A stretch of 64,000 bases of DNA from Acidimicrobiia bacterium (GCA_965215185.1 OZ244034.1:960001-1024000); one strand, 5' to 3'. Counted from the stretch's first letter, positions 1 through 11,185 are shown. Notes: a model not told the origin generated them from the letters alone. Program-made: numbers and translations.

Positions 1-681
1 CAGTTGTTGCGACATTGGCCCGGCGGCGTTGACCACGGCTGGGGTGGAGATCCGCCCGCCCGACCTCAACATTGCGCTTGAGACGCCCCCTCCCACGATC
101 TTGATATCAACTACCTCATCAACGATTACCTCCGCTCCGTGGTTGCTGGCCATTTCCAGCATCCAGGCCCCGAGCTGCTGGGCGCTGAACCATCCGCCTC
201 GTCGGACGTACAGTCCACCGAGCGCTTCGCCGCTCAGATAGGGAAACCTGCCCAGGAGGGCTTCGGGATTCTGGTACACATCGAAGCCTGCCTTCTCTCT
301 TGGGGCGCCGGCGTGCCGGTTGATTCGAACTGGGCCTGCGCCAAACCCCGAACTTGCCTGTGCCCCCCTCACTAAAGACGTCAACTGCTCAGGGTCACCG
401 GTTACAAATAGGTATCCCCTCCGTGACATGTTGAAGAAGTCGTTCGATTGCTCCTTCATGACCTCCAGAATGTCAATGGAGCGGTTGGTCAAGTCAACCA
501 TCGGCTTGTTGGGGAAGAAATTGCGATAGCACTCTGATGATTTGTCAGACGTGAGCGAAAGCGGTGGACGGGGGTCAACGACGATCACCTTTTCCACTCG
601 CTGCCTCACTGCCAACTCAAAGCAAGTCGCGACACCCGCGATTCCGGCGCCAACCACGACCGCTCCTGCCTGCCGCGCCAT
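1..681 (-). CDS. FAD-dependent oxidoreductase (DAO/sarcosine oxidase beta-like), 3' end beyond window
   Basis: Manual translation (absent from ORF track): MARQAGAVVVGAGIAG (GxGxxG), ...TPAVVNAAGP; GGAG RBS upstream. Confidence 0.85.
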   Translation of the reverse strand, partial: MARQAGAVVVGAGIAGVATCFELAVRQRVEKVIVVDPRPPLSLTSDKSSECYRNFFPNKPMVDLTNRSIDILEVMKEQSNDFFNMSRRGYLFVTGDPEQLTSLVRGAQASSGFGAGPVRINRHAGAPREKAGFDVYQNPEALLGRFPYLSGEALGGLYVRRGGWFSAQQLGAWMLEMASNHGAEVIVDEVVDIKIVGGGVSSAMLRSGGRISTPAVVNAAGPMSQQL

Positions 682-1198
682 CTCAGTGCTCCAAGAAAGT
701 CTCGGTTACGGCTGTCTGCGAAACTGAGGAGAGTTTTACTGGTCGATCGATCATTGGTCGGAACATCTATCTTGCCTTCCGAGACTTACCCGCTTGAACG
801 ATAGTTGGCACCCTCCCCTGCAGGTGTCCGCAACTGCGGCCTTTGCCTGCACATCGGGTAGTCACTGTTGCCAGTCTTGGGGATGGGAAGGCCCGGGCGC
901 CTCCCCATCGGGTATCTGGGAGCTGGGCGGCACTTTATCCGCTGGCGAGATTTGTTTGACCGCAACCCGCCCGGTGAACAAGTCCGGCGGGGAGGGACAC
1001 AATAGTTTTCCAAATCCTCAGCATTGGCGTCCTTGGCGAGGCAGCCATTGTGTGGCTCTTGCTATCGCTGGAGTTGCCCTGCTTTTGTGGGGTATCACCT
1101 CAGACGTCCACTAAAACGGGACCAACGCATCGCGATCAATTGCAGCAGCGATAAAGATCCCAATAAAGTAGTTGAAAAGAGATAAGAGGAGCAAGATC

Positions 1199-2815
1199 AT
1201 GAGCAGAGTCAAACGACAAAGCCGAAGGTGGATGGTGCTGGTAGCGGTGCTTGCGCTGATGCTGGCCGCGTGTGGGGGCGATGACGCCACCCCGACCACC
1301 GCCGCCCCGGCTACAACCGCCGCGCCGGCCACCACTGAGGCGCCGGCCACCACCGCCGCCCCAACCACGACCGCTGCCGAGGAGGCGCCGGAACCGGCAG
1401 GTGCCGCAATTGTGATCGGGTTGGGTACCGAGCCCGCATCACTCGACCCTCAAGCCGTTGACCAGTTCGCCATGTTCACCATCAATGACAACGTTTTCGA
1501 CAAGCTGGTGACGCGTAATGCCGCCGGCGACTTGGTGCCTGGTGTGGCCACTGACCTCGGCACCCCTGTGGACGACACGACCTGGCAATACACCGTGCAA
1601 GAAGGCGTCAGCTTCCACAACGGCGAGCCTCTCAATGCCGACGCGGTTGTACACAGCATCCTTCGGATAATCGATCCGGACTATCCGACACCGCTCAAGG
1701 ACAACCTTGGTACGGTGGTGGGTGCGGAGAAGGTAGATGAGTACACGGTGAACATTCTCACCAGCGGCCCTGATCCGCTGATCCCGACCAGGCTGACCTT
1801 GCTGTACCTGGTTCCGCCGCAAGCGTCTCAACGCGCGGACTTTGGCGAGAATCCGGTGGGTTCAGGTCCGTACAGGTTCGTTTCCTGGGACCGCGGCATT
1901 GCCGTCGAATTGGATGCGAATCCCGACTACCGGGGTGGTGTTTCGTCCGTTACGAGTGCGCGGTACACCTTCATTGAGGAATACGGGACGCGTCTAGCCG
2001 GCCTCTTAAACGATGAGATCGATCTCATGGTCGACTTGCTTCCTGAAGACGCTGGCAGGGTGGATCAATCCTGGAGGACTCCCACCGGGCTAAAGCAGTT
2101 CATCGTGTCACTAAACGCCCGCGCCGGCAGTCCCGTCGAGGACGTGCGCGTCCGGCAGGCTCTCAACTATGCGGTGGACAAGGAGGCAATCGCCGAGGGG
2201 CTGTTCTCGGGGATCGCCGAAGTCCTGCAAGGTCAGATGCTGAATCCCAACTGGTTCGGATTCAATCCCGACCTCGATCCGTATCCCTACGACCCCGACC
2301 GCGCCCGTGCGTTGCTTGAGGAAGCCGGCGCCACAGGGCTGGAAATCCAACTCGTCTCCCTAGTGGGCAATTCGCTGCTCGACCGCGAGACCACGGAAGC
2401 GGTTGCCGCATTCTGGGCTGAGGTGGGTGTGAATGCCGAGATATTCATACCCGAGTTCTCGGAGTACATTGACCGACTCATCGATCGCGAGAATCGTCCC
2501 GACGCCATCTTCGTGCCGCATGACAATATCCTGTTCGACGGTGACCGGACTCTGTCCGCCTACTACCACTCTCAGGGTTGCTGCGGTTCCATGGACCCGT
2601 CAGAAGCTGATGATTGGATTGTCGGAGCAAGAACGGAAATCGACCAGGCCGAACGGCTGCAGCTGTACCAAGCCGTCGGTCAGGCGGGACACGACGGGGT
2701 ATGGTACGTCTGGCTCGTCAGCATTCCCAATGTCGTCGCCGGGACAGACCGGATCGAGTGGTCTGCCCGCGCTGACGGTTTGATCCATCTGGTTGACATA
2801 GGAGTGTCTTCGTAG
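1199..2815 (+). CDS. Dpp/Opp-family ABC substrate-binding lipoprotein
   Basis: Lipobox LAAC, TTAAPA linker, FHNGEPL and PVGSGPY motifs; start set after GAGGAG RBS. Confidence 0.92.
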   Translation: MSRVKRQSRRWMVLVAVLALMLAACGGDDATPTTAAPATTAAPATTEAPATTAAPTTTAAEEAPEPAGAAIVIGLGTEPASLDPQAVDQFAMFTINDNVFDKLVTRNAAGDLVPGVATDLGTPVDDTTWQYTVQEGVSFHNGEPLNADAVVHSILRIIDPDYPTPLKDNLGTVVGAEKVDEYTVNILTSGPDPLIPTRLTLLYLVPPQASQRADFGENPVGSGPYRFVSWDRGIAVELDANPDYRGGVSSVTSARYTFIEEYGTRLAGLLNDEIDLMVDLLPEDAGRVDQSWRTPTGLKQFIVSLNARAGSPVEDVRVRQALNYAVDKEAIAEGLFSGIAEVLQGQMLNPNWFGFNPDLDPYPYDPDRARALLEEAGATGLEIQLVSLVGNSLLDRETTEAVAAFWAEVGVNAEIFIPEFSEYIDRLIDRENRPDAIFVPHDNILFDGDRTLSAYYHSQGCCGSMDPSEADDWIVGARTEIDQAERLQLYQAVGQAGHDGVWYVWLVSIPNVVAGTDRIEWSARADGLIHLVDIGVSS

Positions 2816-2827
2816 GACCACGACCCA

Positions 2828-2875
2828 TTCAACACCGGGCGTACCATCGGATCGGGTGGCGCGCCCGGTGTTGAA
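2828..2875 (+). promoter_or_regulatory. Intercistronic stem-loop after SBP gene (mRNA stabiliser or partial terminator)
   Basis: Perfect 14-bp stem TTCAACACCGGGCG...CGCCCGGTGTTGAA, no U tail. Confidence 0.65.
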
Positions 2876-2896
2876 GCAAACTAGACGGGAGAAGCA

Positions 2897-3817
2897 ATGG
2901 GCCGGTACTTGCTAAAGCGCCTGTCCCAAGCGGTGCTCGTCGTGGTTTCGGTGATGGTGGTCGTGTTTGTGGTGACACGCCTCATCGGGGATCCGGTGGC
3001 GGTGATGCTGCCGCTGGAGGCCACGGAGGAGAATCGCTCAATTCTCGAAGCACAACTCGGTTTGGATAGACCGATCCTGGTTCAACTGGGCCATTACATG
3101 GTGGATGCCGTCCAGCTTGACCTCGGCGACTCCCTCTGGCAACGCCGCCCGGCGATCGACATCGTAATGGAACGGCTGCTCCCCACCATCGTTTTGGTTG
3201 CAGCCGGCTTTGGTCTGGGGGTTCTTTTTGGTGTTCTAATCGGAGTCGTGTCCGGGATGCGGCCCTGGGGATGGGTGGATCGAGCTGCCGTTACTCTCGG
3301 CTTGCTCGGAGTCTCGCTCCCACAGTTCTGGATCGGGTTGGTCTTTATCGTCTTCTTCAGTGTGGGGCTCGGTTGGTTCCCAACGTCCGGTTCGGGTGGA
3401 ATCGAGTACCTGGTGCTTCCGGCGGTCGTGCTCGCCTTACCGATCGTGGGACGCATCGCCTTGGTCACGAGATCTTCGATGATCGATGAATTGAACGCTC
3501 AGCACGTCAAGGACGCGGTTGCCCGAGGAGTATCTCGGGCCCGCATCGTGATGGCTCATGCTTTCAAGGGCGCCGGTATCGCCACCATCACCATCGCCGG
3601 CTGGGAGTTGATTGGCGCGCTGGCCGGGGGAGCGGTGGTGGTGGAGACGGTATACGCTTGGCCGGGGATCGGTTTTACCGCAATGCAGGCAATCGAGCGC
3701 CATGACATCATCCTCCTGCAAGCGGTGGTTTTCGTCATCGCGATCATGGTGGTCACGATCAACATCATCGTTGACGTCACCTATACGTTGCTCGATCCGC
3801 GAGTGAAGTTCGATTGA
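2897..3817 (+). CDS. ABC peptide permease (DppB-like)
   Basis: GDP N-terminus, TM helices, WPG and LDPR motifs. Confidence 0.92.
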   Translation: MGRYLLKRLSQAVLVVVSVMVVVFVVTRLIGDPVAVMLPLEATEENRSILEAQLGLDRPILVQLGHYMVDAVQLDLGDSLWQRRPAIDIVMERLLPTIVLVAAGFGLGVLFGVLIGVVSGMRPWGWVDRAAVTLGLLGVSLPQFWIGLVFIVFFSVGLGWFPTSGSGGIEYLVLPAVVLALPIVGRIALVTRSSMIDELNAQHVKDAVARGVSRARIVMAHAFKGAGIATITIAGWELIGALAGGAVVVETVYAWPGIGFTAMQAIERHDIILLQAVVFVIAIMVVTINIIVDVTYTLLDPRVKFD

Positions 3818-4761
3818 GCACCCTGAGTTCCGTCCCTCCCCCTGGTAGCGGTGCCGACCGCCCCCGATTGGCCGGTTGGCTCATAGGGATTCTCCGGGAT
3901 CCCACCGCCCTGTTCGGCATCCTCGTTCTGGCGCTGTTGGTCGCAGCCGCTCTCTTCGCTCCGATGATTGCCCCGTTGGACCCCAATAAACAGGATCTGG
4001 GCGCCCGGTTGCTTCCGCCCTTCTACGCGGAGGGCGGCTCTCTCGAACACGTCCTCGGCACGGATCAACTTGGCCGGGACGTGTTCTCCCGCCTCATCCA
4101 CGGCGCCAGGATATCCCTCACCATCCCCTTGGTAGCCGTGACCCTGGCGGGCGTCGTCGGGATTGCGGTCGGCCTGCTGGCCGGTTACCGGGGCGGACGG
4201 ACAGACTCGGTCATCATGCGCATTGTCGACACGCTGTTCTCTTTTCCCGGCCTCCTTTTGGCCCTGACCATTCTGGCGGTGGTGGGGCCAAGTTTCTGGA
4301 CTCTTGCCATCGTGCTGTCACTGCGGATCTGGATGGTATTCGCCCGAATGACCCGGGGACTCGTCCTGTCGGCGCGAGAGGCCGAATACGTGGAGGCGGC
4401 AGAGCTGATCGGCGCCTCACCGGTTCGCATAATGATCCGCCATATCGCTCCCAACCTCACGGCGCCGCTGCTGACCTTGGCAGTACTCGAGTCGGCCCAT
4501 GTGATTCTCTCCGAGGCCGCCCTCTCTTTCCTCGGGCTGGGAATCCAGCCACCACAGACTTCGTGGGGTCTGGAGGTGGCGATCGGTCGACAGTATGTCT
4601 TTTCCGCCCCCTGGTTGATAATCTTTCCCGGAGTCGCCATCGCGGTGGCGGTGTTGAGTATCAATCTTCTGGCCAGTTGGCTCAGGGTGGCGACCGATCC
4701 CACCGAAAGCGCCAAGCGGTTCGCAGCGGCGGCCGACGCCCCGGTTGGCTGGTCGGGATGA
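3814..4761 (+). CDS. ABC peptide permease (DppC-like)
   Basis: LGTDQLGRD, EYVEAA, LSFLGLG. Confidence 0.92.
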   Translation: MSTLSSVPPPGSGADRPRLAGWLIGILRDPTALFGILVLALLVAAALFAPMIAPLDPNKQDLGARLLPPFYAEGGSLEHVLGTDQLGRDVFSRLIHGARISLTIPLVAVTLAGVVGIAVGLLAGYRGGRTDSVIMRIVDTLFSFPGLLLALTILAVVGPSFWTLAIVLSLRIWMVFARMTRGLVLSAREAEYVEAAELIGASPVRIMIRHIAPNLTAPLLTLAVLESAHVILSEAALSFLGLGIQPPQTSWGLEVAIGRQYVFSAPWLIIFPGVAIAVAVLSINLLASWLRVATDPTESAKRFAAAADAPVGWSG

Positions 4762-5768
4762 GCCGCCACCATCTCCTTGAGATTCGCAATCTCGAGGTGG
4801 TGTTCCCGGCTCGGGGAGGAACGGTCCAGGCTGTCCGAGAGGTCTCCTTCGCGGTAGATGCCGGCGAATCGTTGGGGATCGTCGGCGAGTCGGGGTCCGG
4901 CAAGAGCACCATTGCTCGGGCGGCCCTCGGGCTGATTGAGTTGCCGGGCAGGATTGTCGGCGGCGAGGTACTGTGGAAGGGTCAATCACTGCGGGACAAG
5001 AGGATCGCTCGGCGGATTCGCGGCCGGGAGATCAGTATGGTGTCCCAAGATCCTATGGCGTCGATGAACCCGATCCTCACGATTGGTACGCAGATGGCCG
5101 AGGTCATGACGCGACATCTCCATCTCGGCAGGAGGGAAGCCCTAACGAGAGCAGGGGACTTGTTGGAGAAGGTTGGGATTCCTGACCCCGGGCGCCGCCT
5201 CGGTCAATATCCGTTCGAGTTATCCGGCGGCATGCAGCAGCGAGTGGTCATTGCCACAGCGCTGTCATGTGGTCCCCTGATGCTGGTCGCTGACGAGCCG
5301 ACCACGGCTCTCGATGTGACCACCCAGGCGGAGATCCTCGCACTGATCTCCTCTCTCCAGAGAGACCTGAACCTGGCGTTGCTGCTGATCACCCACGACC
5401 TGGGGGTAGTGGCCGGGGCTTGTGACTTTCTCAAAGTACTGTACGCCGGCAAGATCGTCGAGTCGGGGACGGCCGATGAGTTGTTTCATAGCCCCCATCA
5501 TCCGTACACCGCTGCTCTCCTGGGCGCAACCCCTCGCCTCGATGTCAAGGCCGAACGTCTCATGGTAATTGACGGCCAGCCTCCAGATCTTCGCCATGTC
5601 AGCGCCGGTTGCAGCTTCGCTCCTCGCTGTCCCCACTCAACGACCCATTGTGAGACCGTGCCTCCGGTTCTGGAGCCGTCTTCGGAGGGCCGGGGGTTCG
5701 CCTGCTGGCATCCTTTGAATTATCGAAGAGATCTGACACCCGACCGCAGGAAGATCGGGCATGGCTAG
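4758..5768 (+). CDS. ABC ATP-binding protein (DppD-like)
   Basis: [24 protein letters not shown], Cys-rich C-terminus; ATGA overlap with upstream gene. Confidence 0.92.
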   Translation: MSRHHLLEIRNLEVVFPARGGTVQAVREVSFAVDAGESLGIVGESGSGKSTIARAALGLIELPGRIVGGEVLWKGQSLRDKRIARRIRGREISMVSQDPMASMNPILTIGTQMAEVMTRHLHLGRREALTRAGDLLEKVGIPDPGRRLGQYPFELSGGMQQRVVIATALSCGPLMLVADEPTTALDVTTQAEILALISSLQRDLNLALLLITHDLGVVAGACDFLKVLYAGKIVESGTADELFHSPHHPYTAALLGATPRLDVKAERLMVIDGQPPDLRHVSAGCSFAPRCPHSTTHCETVPPVLEPSSEGRGFACWHPLNYRRDLTPDRRKIGHG

Positions 5769-6738
5769 CCCACTGCTCGAAGTTCATGGCCTCACGGTCA
5801 CATACGACGTCGGTCGCCAGGGATTCTGGGGTCAACGCCGCACACATCTCAAGGCAGTTGACGACATCAGTTTCTCCATCCAGCGCGGTGAGACCTTCGG
5901 GCTCGTGGGGGAGTCGGGTTCGGGCAAGACCACTACCGGGCGCGCCATTCTCGGGAAAGTGCCCGTTATTTCCGGCCGCATCAGCTTCGCTGGGCGCGAC
6001 ATTACAGGTTTGCAGGGGCGGGAACTGCGATCCATTCGCCAGAACATGCAACTGATCCCTCAGAACCCGTACGGCAGCCTGAATCCCCGCATGAAAGTCC
6101 GAGAACTCATCGCCGAACCGCTGGTGGTGCACCGCCGGGTCAAGAGTGCCAAGCGAGCCACCGAACGAGTGGTTGAACTGCTGGAGTTGACAGGGATGAA
6201 CCCAGACGACATGCACAAATACCCGCATGCGTTCAGTGGCGGACAACGTCAAAGAGTCGCCATCGCCCGGGCCCTGGCTCTCAATCCCGATCTGATAATC
6301 GCCGATGAGCCGGTGTCGGCGTTGGACGTATCTATTCAGGCTCAGGTCGTCAACTTGCTGCACGATCTTCAAAAGCGCCTGAATCTGACCTACATCTTGA
6401 TCTCGCACGACCTGGCCGTTGTCCGTCACATCTCCCACCGCATCGGAATAATGTACGCGGGCAAGCTTGTCGAAGTGGCGAACGGTGAGAGGATCTATCG
6501 GACCCCGATCCATCCCTATACCGAAGCTCTTCTTTCTTCTGTTCCCATCCCGGATCCGAGGATCGAGCGGGGTCGGGCGGTGACAGTGATCCCGGGAGAG
6601 CCACCGGACCCGATACACCCCCCCACAGGTTGCCGTTTCCACCCGCGATGTCCTCTGGCCGAGGCGCGCTGCCGTGATGCGGCGCCTCCCCTGGAAGTCA
6701 AGACCCTTGAACACGAGGCGGCGTGTTGGTTGCGATAG
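5761..6738 (+). CDS. ABC ATP-binding protein (DppF-like)
   Basis: [24 protein letters not shown]. Confidence 0.92.
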   Translation: MASPLLEVHGLTVTYDVGRQGFWGQRRTHLKAVDDISFSIQRGETFGLVGESGSGKTTTGRAILGKVPVISGRISFAGRDITGLQGRELRSIRQNMQLIPQNPYGSLNPRMKVRELIAEPLVVHRRVKSAKRATERVVELLELTGMNPDDMHKYPHAFSGGQRQRVAIARALALNPDLIIADEPVSALDVSIQAQVVNLLHDLQKRLNLTYILISHDLAVVRHISHRIGIMYAGKLVEVANGERIYRTPIHPYTEALLSSVPIPDPRIERGRAVTVIPGEPPDPIHPPTGCRFHPRCPLAEARCRDAAPPLEVKTLEHEAACWLR

Positions 6739-6805
6739 CCGCTGGGGTGCTTGGCGGCGGGCGTAGGGTCAATCGCAGTAGCGTTCAGCGCAACTCGGTT
6801 TTGCG

Positions 6806-8035
6806 ATGAGGCGGTTGGGCCCCTCCTACAACCGGCTCCTCTCCGCCTACACGATCTCCAATGTTGGCAACGGGGTTCTGATCGGGGCTCTCCCGTTGCT
6901 GGCGGCGAAAAGCACCCGGAACCCGCTGGCGATAAGTGGGCTCATGGTGGCCGCAGGGATTCCCTGGCTGCTGATCGGACCCCTCTCAGGAGCCATCGTG
7001 GATCGGTTTGAACGGCGGACAGTGATGGTTATGGCTGAAGCGGGCCGCGCGGCAGTCATGGGGGCCGCCACTGTATATGTGCTGATGGGCGGCAATTCGA
7101 TCGTCGCTTTCTATGCGCTGCTAGTTGTCATCGGGATAGGTGAGACCTTCTTCGATCCTGCCGGTCTTGCGTTGGTGCCTGGTCTGGTGGCGCCCGCCCA
7201 GCTGGACGCCGCCAACAGCCGGCTGTTTGGCGCCCAGACCTTGGCTCAACGGTTCGTTGGGCCGCCGCTCGCCGGGTGGCTCTTTGCTTTCACAGCTTGG
7301 GTGCCCCTTGGAATAGACGCAGTGAGCTTCTTGGTGACTGCACTGGTCATGCTGGGGCTTCCCAGAGGTTCGCCACCGACAGGGTGGGAACGTCCCTTCG
7401 CCGGGTTGCTGACTGAGACAGTCGAAGGTTTCCGGTGGGTGTGGCGGGATTCTGTGTTGCGCGCATTCGTCGTCGGTAGCGGGGCCCTTCACTTCGCAAC
7501 TGCGGCCGGCTTGTCGGTCTTCGTGTTGATTGCCCAGGACCGCTACAAACTGGCGGGTTTGGGCTTCGGGCTCATGCTTAGCGCGTATGCTCTCGGATAC
7601 TTCCTCGGATACCTCATCGCACCCTCTGTCGCCGCCAAGTATGCACGAGCGAGAATCTGCGTTGTTGCATTGCTTGGCGCAGCTATCGGATTGTCACTGG
7701 TGGCGCTGACGACACTTCCCCCGATCGGTGGGCTGGGATTGGCTCTGACCGGGTTTTCATCAGCTCAGGTGGATGTTGTGTCCATCTCCTATCGGCAGGC
7801 GGCGGTGCCTAACCGAATTCTTGGACGTGTGCTGGCGTGCTTTCTGTTCGTTGTCCATGGAGCGGTACCAGTCGGCGCCGTTGTGGGAGGATTGGTGGCT
7901 TCATGGGTCGGGATCAGATACACCTATCTGGCTTCCGCTCTCTCGGCGGCGGCCGTTGCTCCCGTCCTGTGGTTTGCCCTGAAAGGCGCGGAACTCGATC
8001 CTGGCAAAATCCGTCAGGAACCCCTGGACCCCTAG
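6806..8035 (+). CDS. MFS transporter (DHA3-like)
   Basis: About 12 hydrophobic segments, GAIVDRFERR motif A. Confidence 0.85.
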   Translation: MRRLGPSYNRLLSAYTISNVGNGVLIGALPLLAAKSTRNPLAISGLMVAAGIPWLLIGPLSGAIVDRFERRTVMVMAEAGRAAVMGAATVYVLMGGNSIVAFYALLVVIGIGETFFDPAGLALVPGLVAPAQLDAANSRLFGAQTLAQRFVGPPLAGWLFAFTAWVPLGIDAVSFLVTALVMLGLPRGSPPTGWERPFAGLLTETVEGFRWVWRDSVLRAFVVGSGALHFATAAGLSVFVLIAQDRYKLAGLGFGLMLSAYALGYFLGYLIAPSVAAKYARARICVVALLGAAIGLSLVALTTLPPIGGLGLALTGFSSAQVDVVSISYRQAAVPNRILGRVLACFLFVVHGAVPVGAVVGGLVASWVGIRYTYLASALSAAAVAPVLWFALKGAELDPGKIRQEPLDP

Positions 8036-8520
8036 CCTGGTCGATTCAGAGGCTAAAGAGGCGGGACCCCAGTTCCCGGCCCATGTCCATCCCTTTCATA
8101 TCTTGTATCTCCTCGTCTTTGTTTGGGATTGCCCAAGGTTGTAACCGAATGGGAACCTTTGGGCGGTGTAGCCGGCGCCCTTTTCCAGCCTTAAGGGGCG
8201 CTGTAGCGGCGGAGACCTTCGGAAAGGGACTCTGGGGTATCAACCGAGAACCACGAGCGGCCGTCACCTCCACCGGATTTGAGATGTTTCCCCAGGTCAG
8301 AGGCTTGGTGTCTTGGGGTTATCACTGTAGGTATTTTTTCTTGCTTGGTTGGTCTGGTTGTAGCGGATGGTTTGTTCTGCGCTCGCGGAGAACGGCCAGC
8401 GGGTTGGGTTTGTAAGAAATTGCTAGATGGATTCTACTTTAGGAGTCTGGACCGGGGTGGATTTGCACGTTGGAGGTGCTTCCGAACGGGCGGCGGATTG
8501 GTGTGGGGGTTGTACCGGTG

Positions 8521-9681
8521 TCAGATTGCTAAGTAGTCACCCCACTGTTGCATGACGGGAATCCTGTCATTGAATAGGCTGGTCCGGAGGTATGCGTCGT
8601 CTACTCCGTGAGCCAGGGCGTAATCTGCCACTGCGAATCTCACCTTGTGGTCGGCGGCCCAGTCCATGAAGGATGATCGCATCCCATGTACAGTGGCGTC
8701 TATTCCGTTGTCCCGGAGCAGTTTGAGGAGGCTGCCGGAGTGCATGACCTTTTCTCTGGGCGAGGGGAACACCAGTCCTGTGAGGTTTCCTGTGAGTTCT
8801 TTTGTGAGTTGGGCGGTTTCCTTGAGGACCTGCTTGGCTTGCTTGCTGAGCGGCACCAGATGCGATTGGTCACCCTTGGTGTTGTGGTCCGGTATGGTCC
8901 AAACAGCCTTTAGTAGGTCGATTTGGTCCCATGTGGCTTTTCGGACCTCGCCGCTGCGGGCTGCTGTCAGGGTGAGGAACTTCAGGGCGTTGACAGCTCT
9001 CGGGTAGGCCCCGGAGGCTTCAACGATTCTGATAGCGTCCCCGACCTGGCCGTGGGGAAGGGCTTTGTGGTGTTTCGTACTGTGTTTGATCTTTGGTAGG
9101 TAACTGACGGTTTTAGGGGTCGGGTCGGAATCGATGAAGCCGTTTCCTATCGCCCATTTCATGACGGCGCTGATCCGGTTCACTAGGTCTTGAGCTGTTG
9201 GATGTTTGGACACCCATATGCTGGCAAAGACTTCGAATAGGTCTTGGTGGGTGATATTGTCGATCGGCTTGTTCCCAATGTGGGGAAACACATGGTTTTC
9301 GAAGCTGTTTTCCCAGTCCTGGCGACTTCGGCTTCCCTCCCGCCAGAAGGGGGAGCGATACTCGATGTAGTCGGCGACTACTTTCCGAAAGATGGGCGGT
9401 CCCGCGGCTGCTGGGTCGCGGTCTTCTTGGACGGCCTGTTGGTAGGCGAGTGCCTTTCGGCGGGCTTCGGCCAGTGTGACTTTGGCGTAGCTGCCCAGCC
9501 CGCGGTTGGTGTATTTGCCGTTGATACGGAGGCGGACGCTCCACGTTTTTGATAGCAGGCCCGGGGTTTTGGTTTCTTTGACTAGGAGGCTCAAACCGTT
9601 ACCGCCCGGACCGTCTGAGTATCGGCCGGGTGGTAGGACGGTTCTTATGGACGTGTCAGCTATTCTTTTCGGTCTTGCCAT
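8521..9681 (-). CDS. Tyrosine integrase with N-terminal arm-binding domain (P4-like), apparently intact
   Basis: PGRYSDG..GLSL, GLGSY, TAARSGE, K, HGMR, LAH, AY catalytic residues; start at MARPK. Confidence 0.88.
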   Translation of the reverse strand: MARPKRIADTSIRTVLPPGRYSDGPGGNGLSLLVKETKTPGLLSKTWSVRLRINGKYTNRGLGSYAKVTLAEARRKALAYQQAVQEDRDPAAAGPPIFRKVVADYIEYRSPFWREGSRSRQDWENSFENHVFPHIGNKPIDNITHQDLFEVFASIWVSKHPTAQDLVNRISAVMKWAIGNGFIDSDPTPKTVSYLPKIKHSTKHHKALPHGQVGDAIRIVEASGAYPRAVNALKFLTLTAARSGEVRKATWDQIDLLKAVWTIPDHNTKGDQSHLVPLSKQAKQVLKETAQLTKELTGNLTGLVFPSPREKVMHSGSLLKLLRDNGIDATVHGMRSSFMDWAADHKVRFAVADYALAHGVDDAYLRTSLFNDRIPVMQQWGDYLAI

Positions 9682-10396
9682 GGTTCTTGGTGAGGTTGCG
9701 CTGATTTCTGGGAGTGGGGGTCGAGGTCCTTGGTTGAGGGTTGAGGATTGGCTGAGTGGAATGGGTGGGCTGTGTGCATCGCCTATCCGAGGATGCCTCA
9801 ATGAGTGCTGATGTTATGCGGGTTGCAGTTGCGGGGTGTTCGTGTGACCGGTATGGTGGTCGACACTTTCACGGGGTTGGTGGTGGGGTGGTGCTGTCAA
9901 GGAGCTGTCCAAGTGCCCGGGTTGTGGGTGTGGTGTTGGCGGGTTCATGCCCGGCGCCGGAGGGAGTTCCGCCACGTGGAGGTCGGCGGCCGTCTGACAG
10001 TGTTGTTGTACCCAGCGGCGGCTAGTGTGCAGACAACTGCGGGAAGCGACACTTGGAGACCCGTTTCCGGTTCGAGGGGAGTGTGACCCGTGGCTTGGCG
10101 CGCGGTCTGGTCAATGGTGCCCGGGGTGATGTCTATCCGGTGGTTTCCGCCTCAGGATTAGTTTGGCATGGGTTCTGGTTGACGACTGGTCCGGGGTGTC
10201 ACAGGGTGCGCACAGTAGTTGCCAATGGTTCCCGCCTATACCGTGCCGCTTTCCAGCTTTGCCCTTCCCGAGCGTGTATGTCCTTGACCGGTTACATGTC
10301 GCCAGCAGGTTTCGCCCACGGGCTCACCATGCGAATATGGTGTTCTTGCTTCTCTGGGCACGGTCCATGGATCGCTTTGTCTGGGTGTTTACATGG

Positions 10397-11185
10397 TTAG
10401 TTGGGTTTTGTGGTTCTGGTCAGGTACACAGCCCATGCTTCCATGACTAGACGTCTTGCTTCTAGCATGTGGAACCGGGCACGGGCGGCTCCGGCTCTTC
10501 TGGGGGTGTACGCCCATAAATGTGTGTCGGTTTGTTGTGCCCATGTCGGGACACTGATGGCATCGACACTTGTGGGGGTGTGTTCCAATACCAGGTCGGC
10601 GACGTGGGTGGGCACCCCGGTCTTGGCGCACCAGTCACGAAACGAGGATCGCATACCGTGAGGGGTGCAGCCCACATTGTTCTCTTTGCACAGTTTTGAG
10701 AGGGTGCCGTCGGAGAGGTGCCGTCCGCTGCGGGAGGGGAACACCGGTCCGTTACCGCCGGTTTGCTCTCGGGCTTGATCCAATATGGCGAGGGCTGCTT
10801 GGCTGAGCGGAACCTGGTGGGGTGTCCCGGACTTCATTCGATCGGCTGGGATGGTCCAGGTTGCGGTGGCGTAATCGATTTCTTCCCACCGAGCCCCCCG
10901 GGCCTCACCGGGTCTGGTGGCGGTCAGAGTCTGGAACTTGAAAAGGGCGATGGTCGCCCAATGAGCTTTTGTTGAAGCTATGACCCGGAGAACCTCGGGT
11001 ACCTGACTGTGGCCCACCGATGGGTAGTGCTTGACCTTGGCCGGTCCGAGGGCGACGGAGACCAGTGGGGTTGGGTCGCTGTCACGATAGTTCTTGGCGA
11101 CCGCCTGTCCGATGACTGCTCGGATGTAGTAGAACAGATGCCGGGCGGTTTCCGGTTTGGTGTGCCATATGGGCTCCAAACACGC
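10397..11185 (-). pseudogene. Tyrosine integrase, 5'-truncated, catalytic Tyr region altered
   Basis: TATRPGE, HGMR and LEH present; the AYAR motif reads ARAR after an insertion; N-terminus replaced by IS110 end footprints. Confidence 0.8.

Noticed and set aside
790-1110. Riboswitch or small ORF between the divergent genes
   Set aside because: Hairpins are present, but I recognise no glycine, SAM, TPP or B12 consensus, and the ORFs look spurious; an Rfam scan would settle it
10110-10320. Possible HNH nuclease remnant (minus-strand WQLLCAPCD)
   Set aside because: No start codon or upstream DH motif; the similarity is too short
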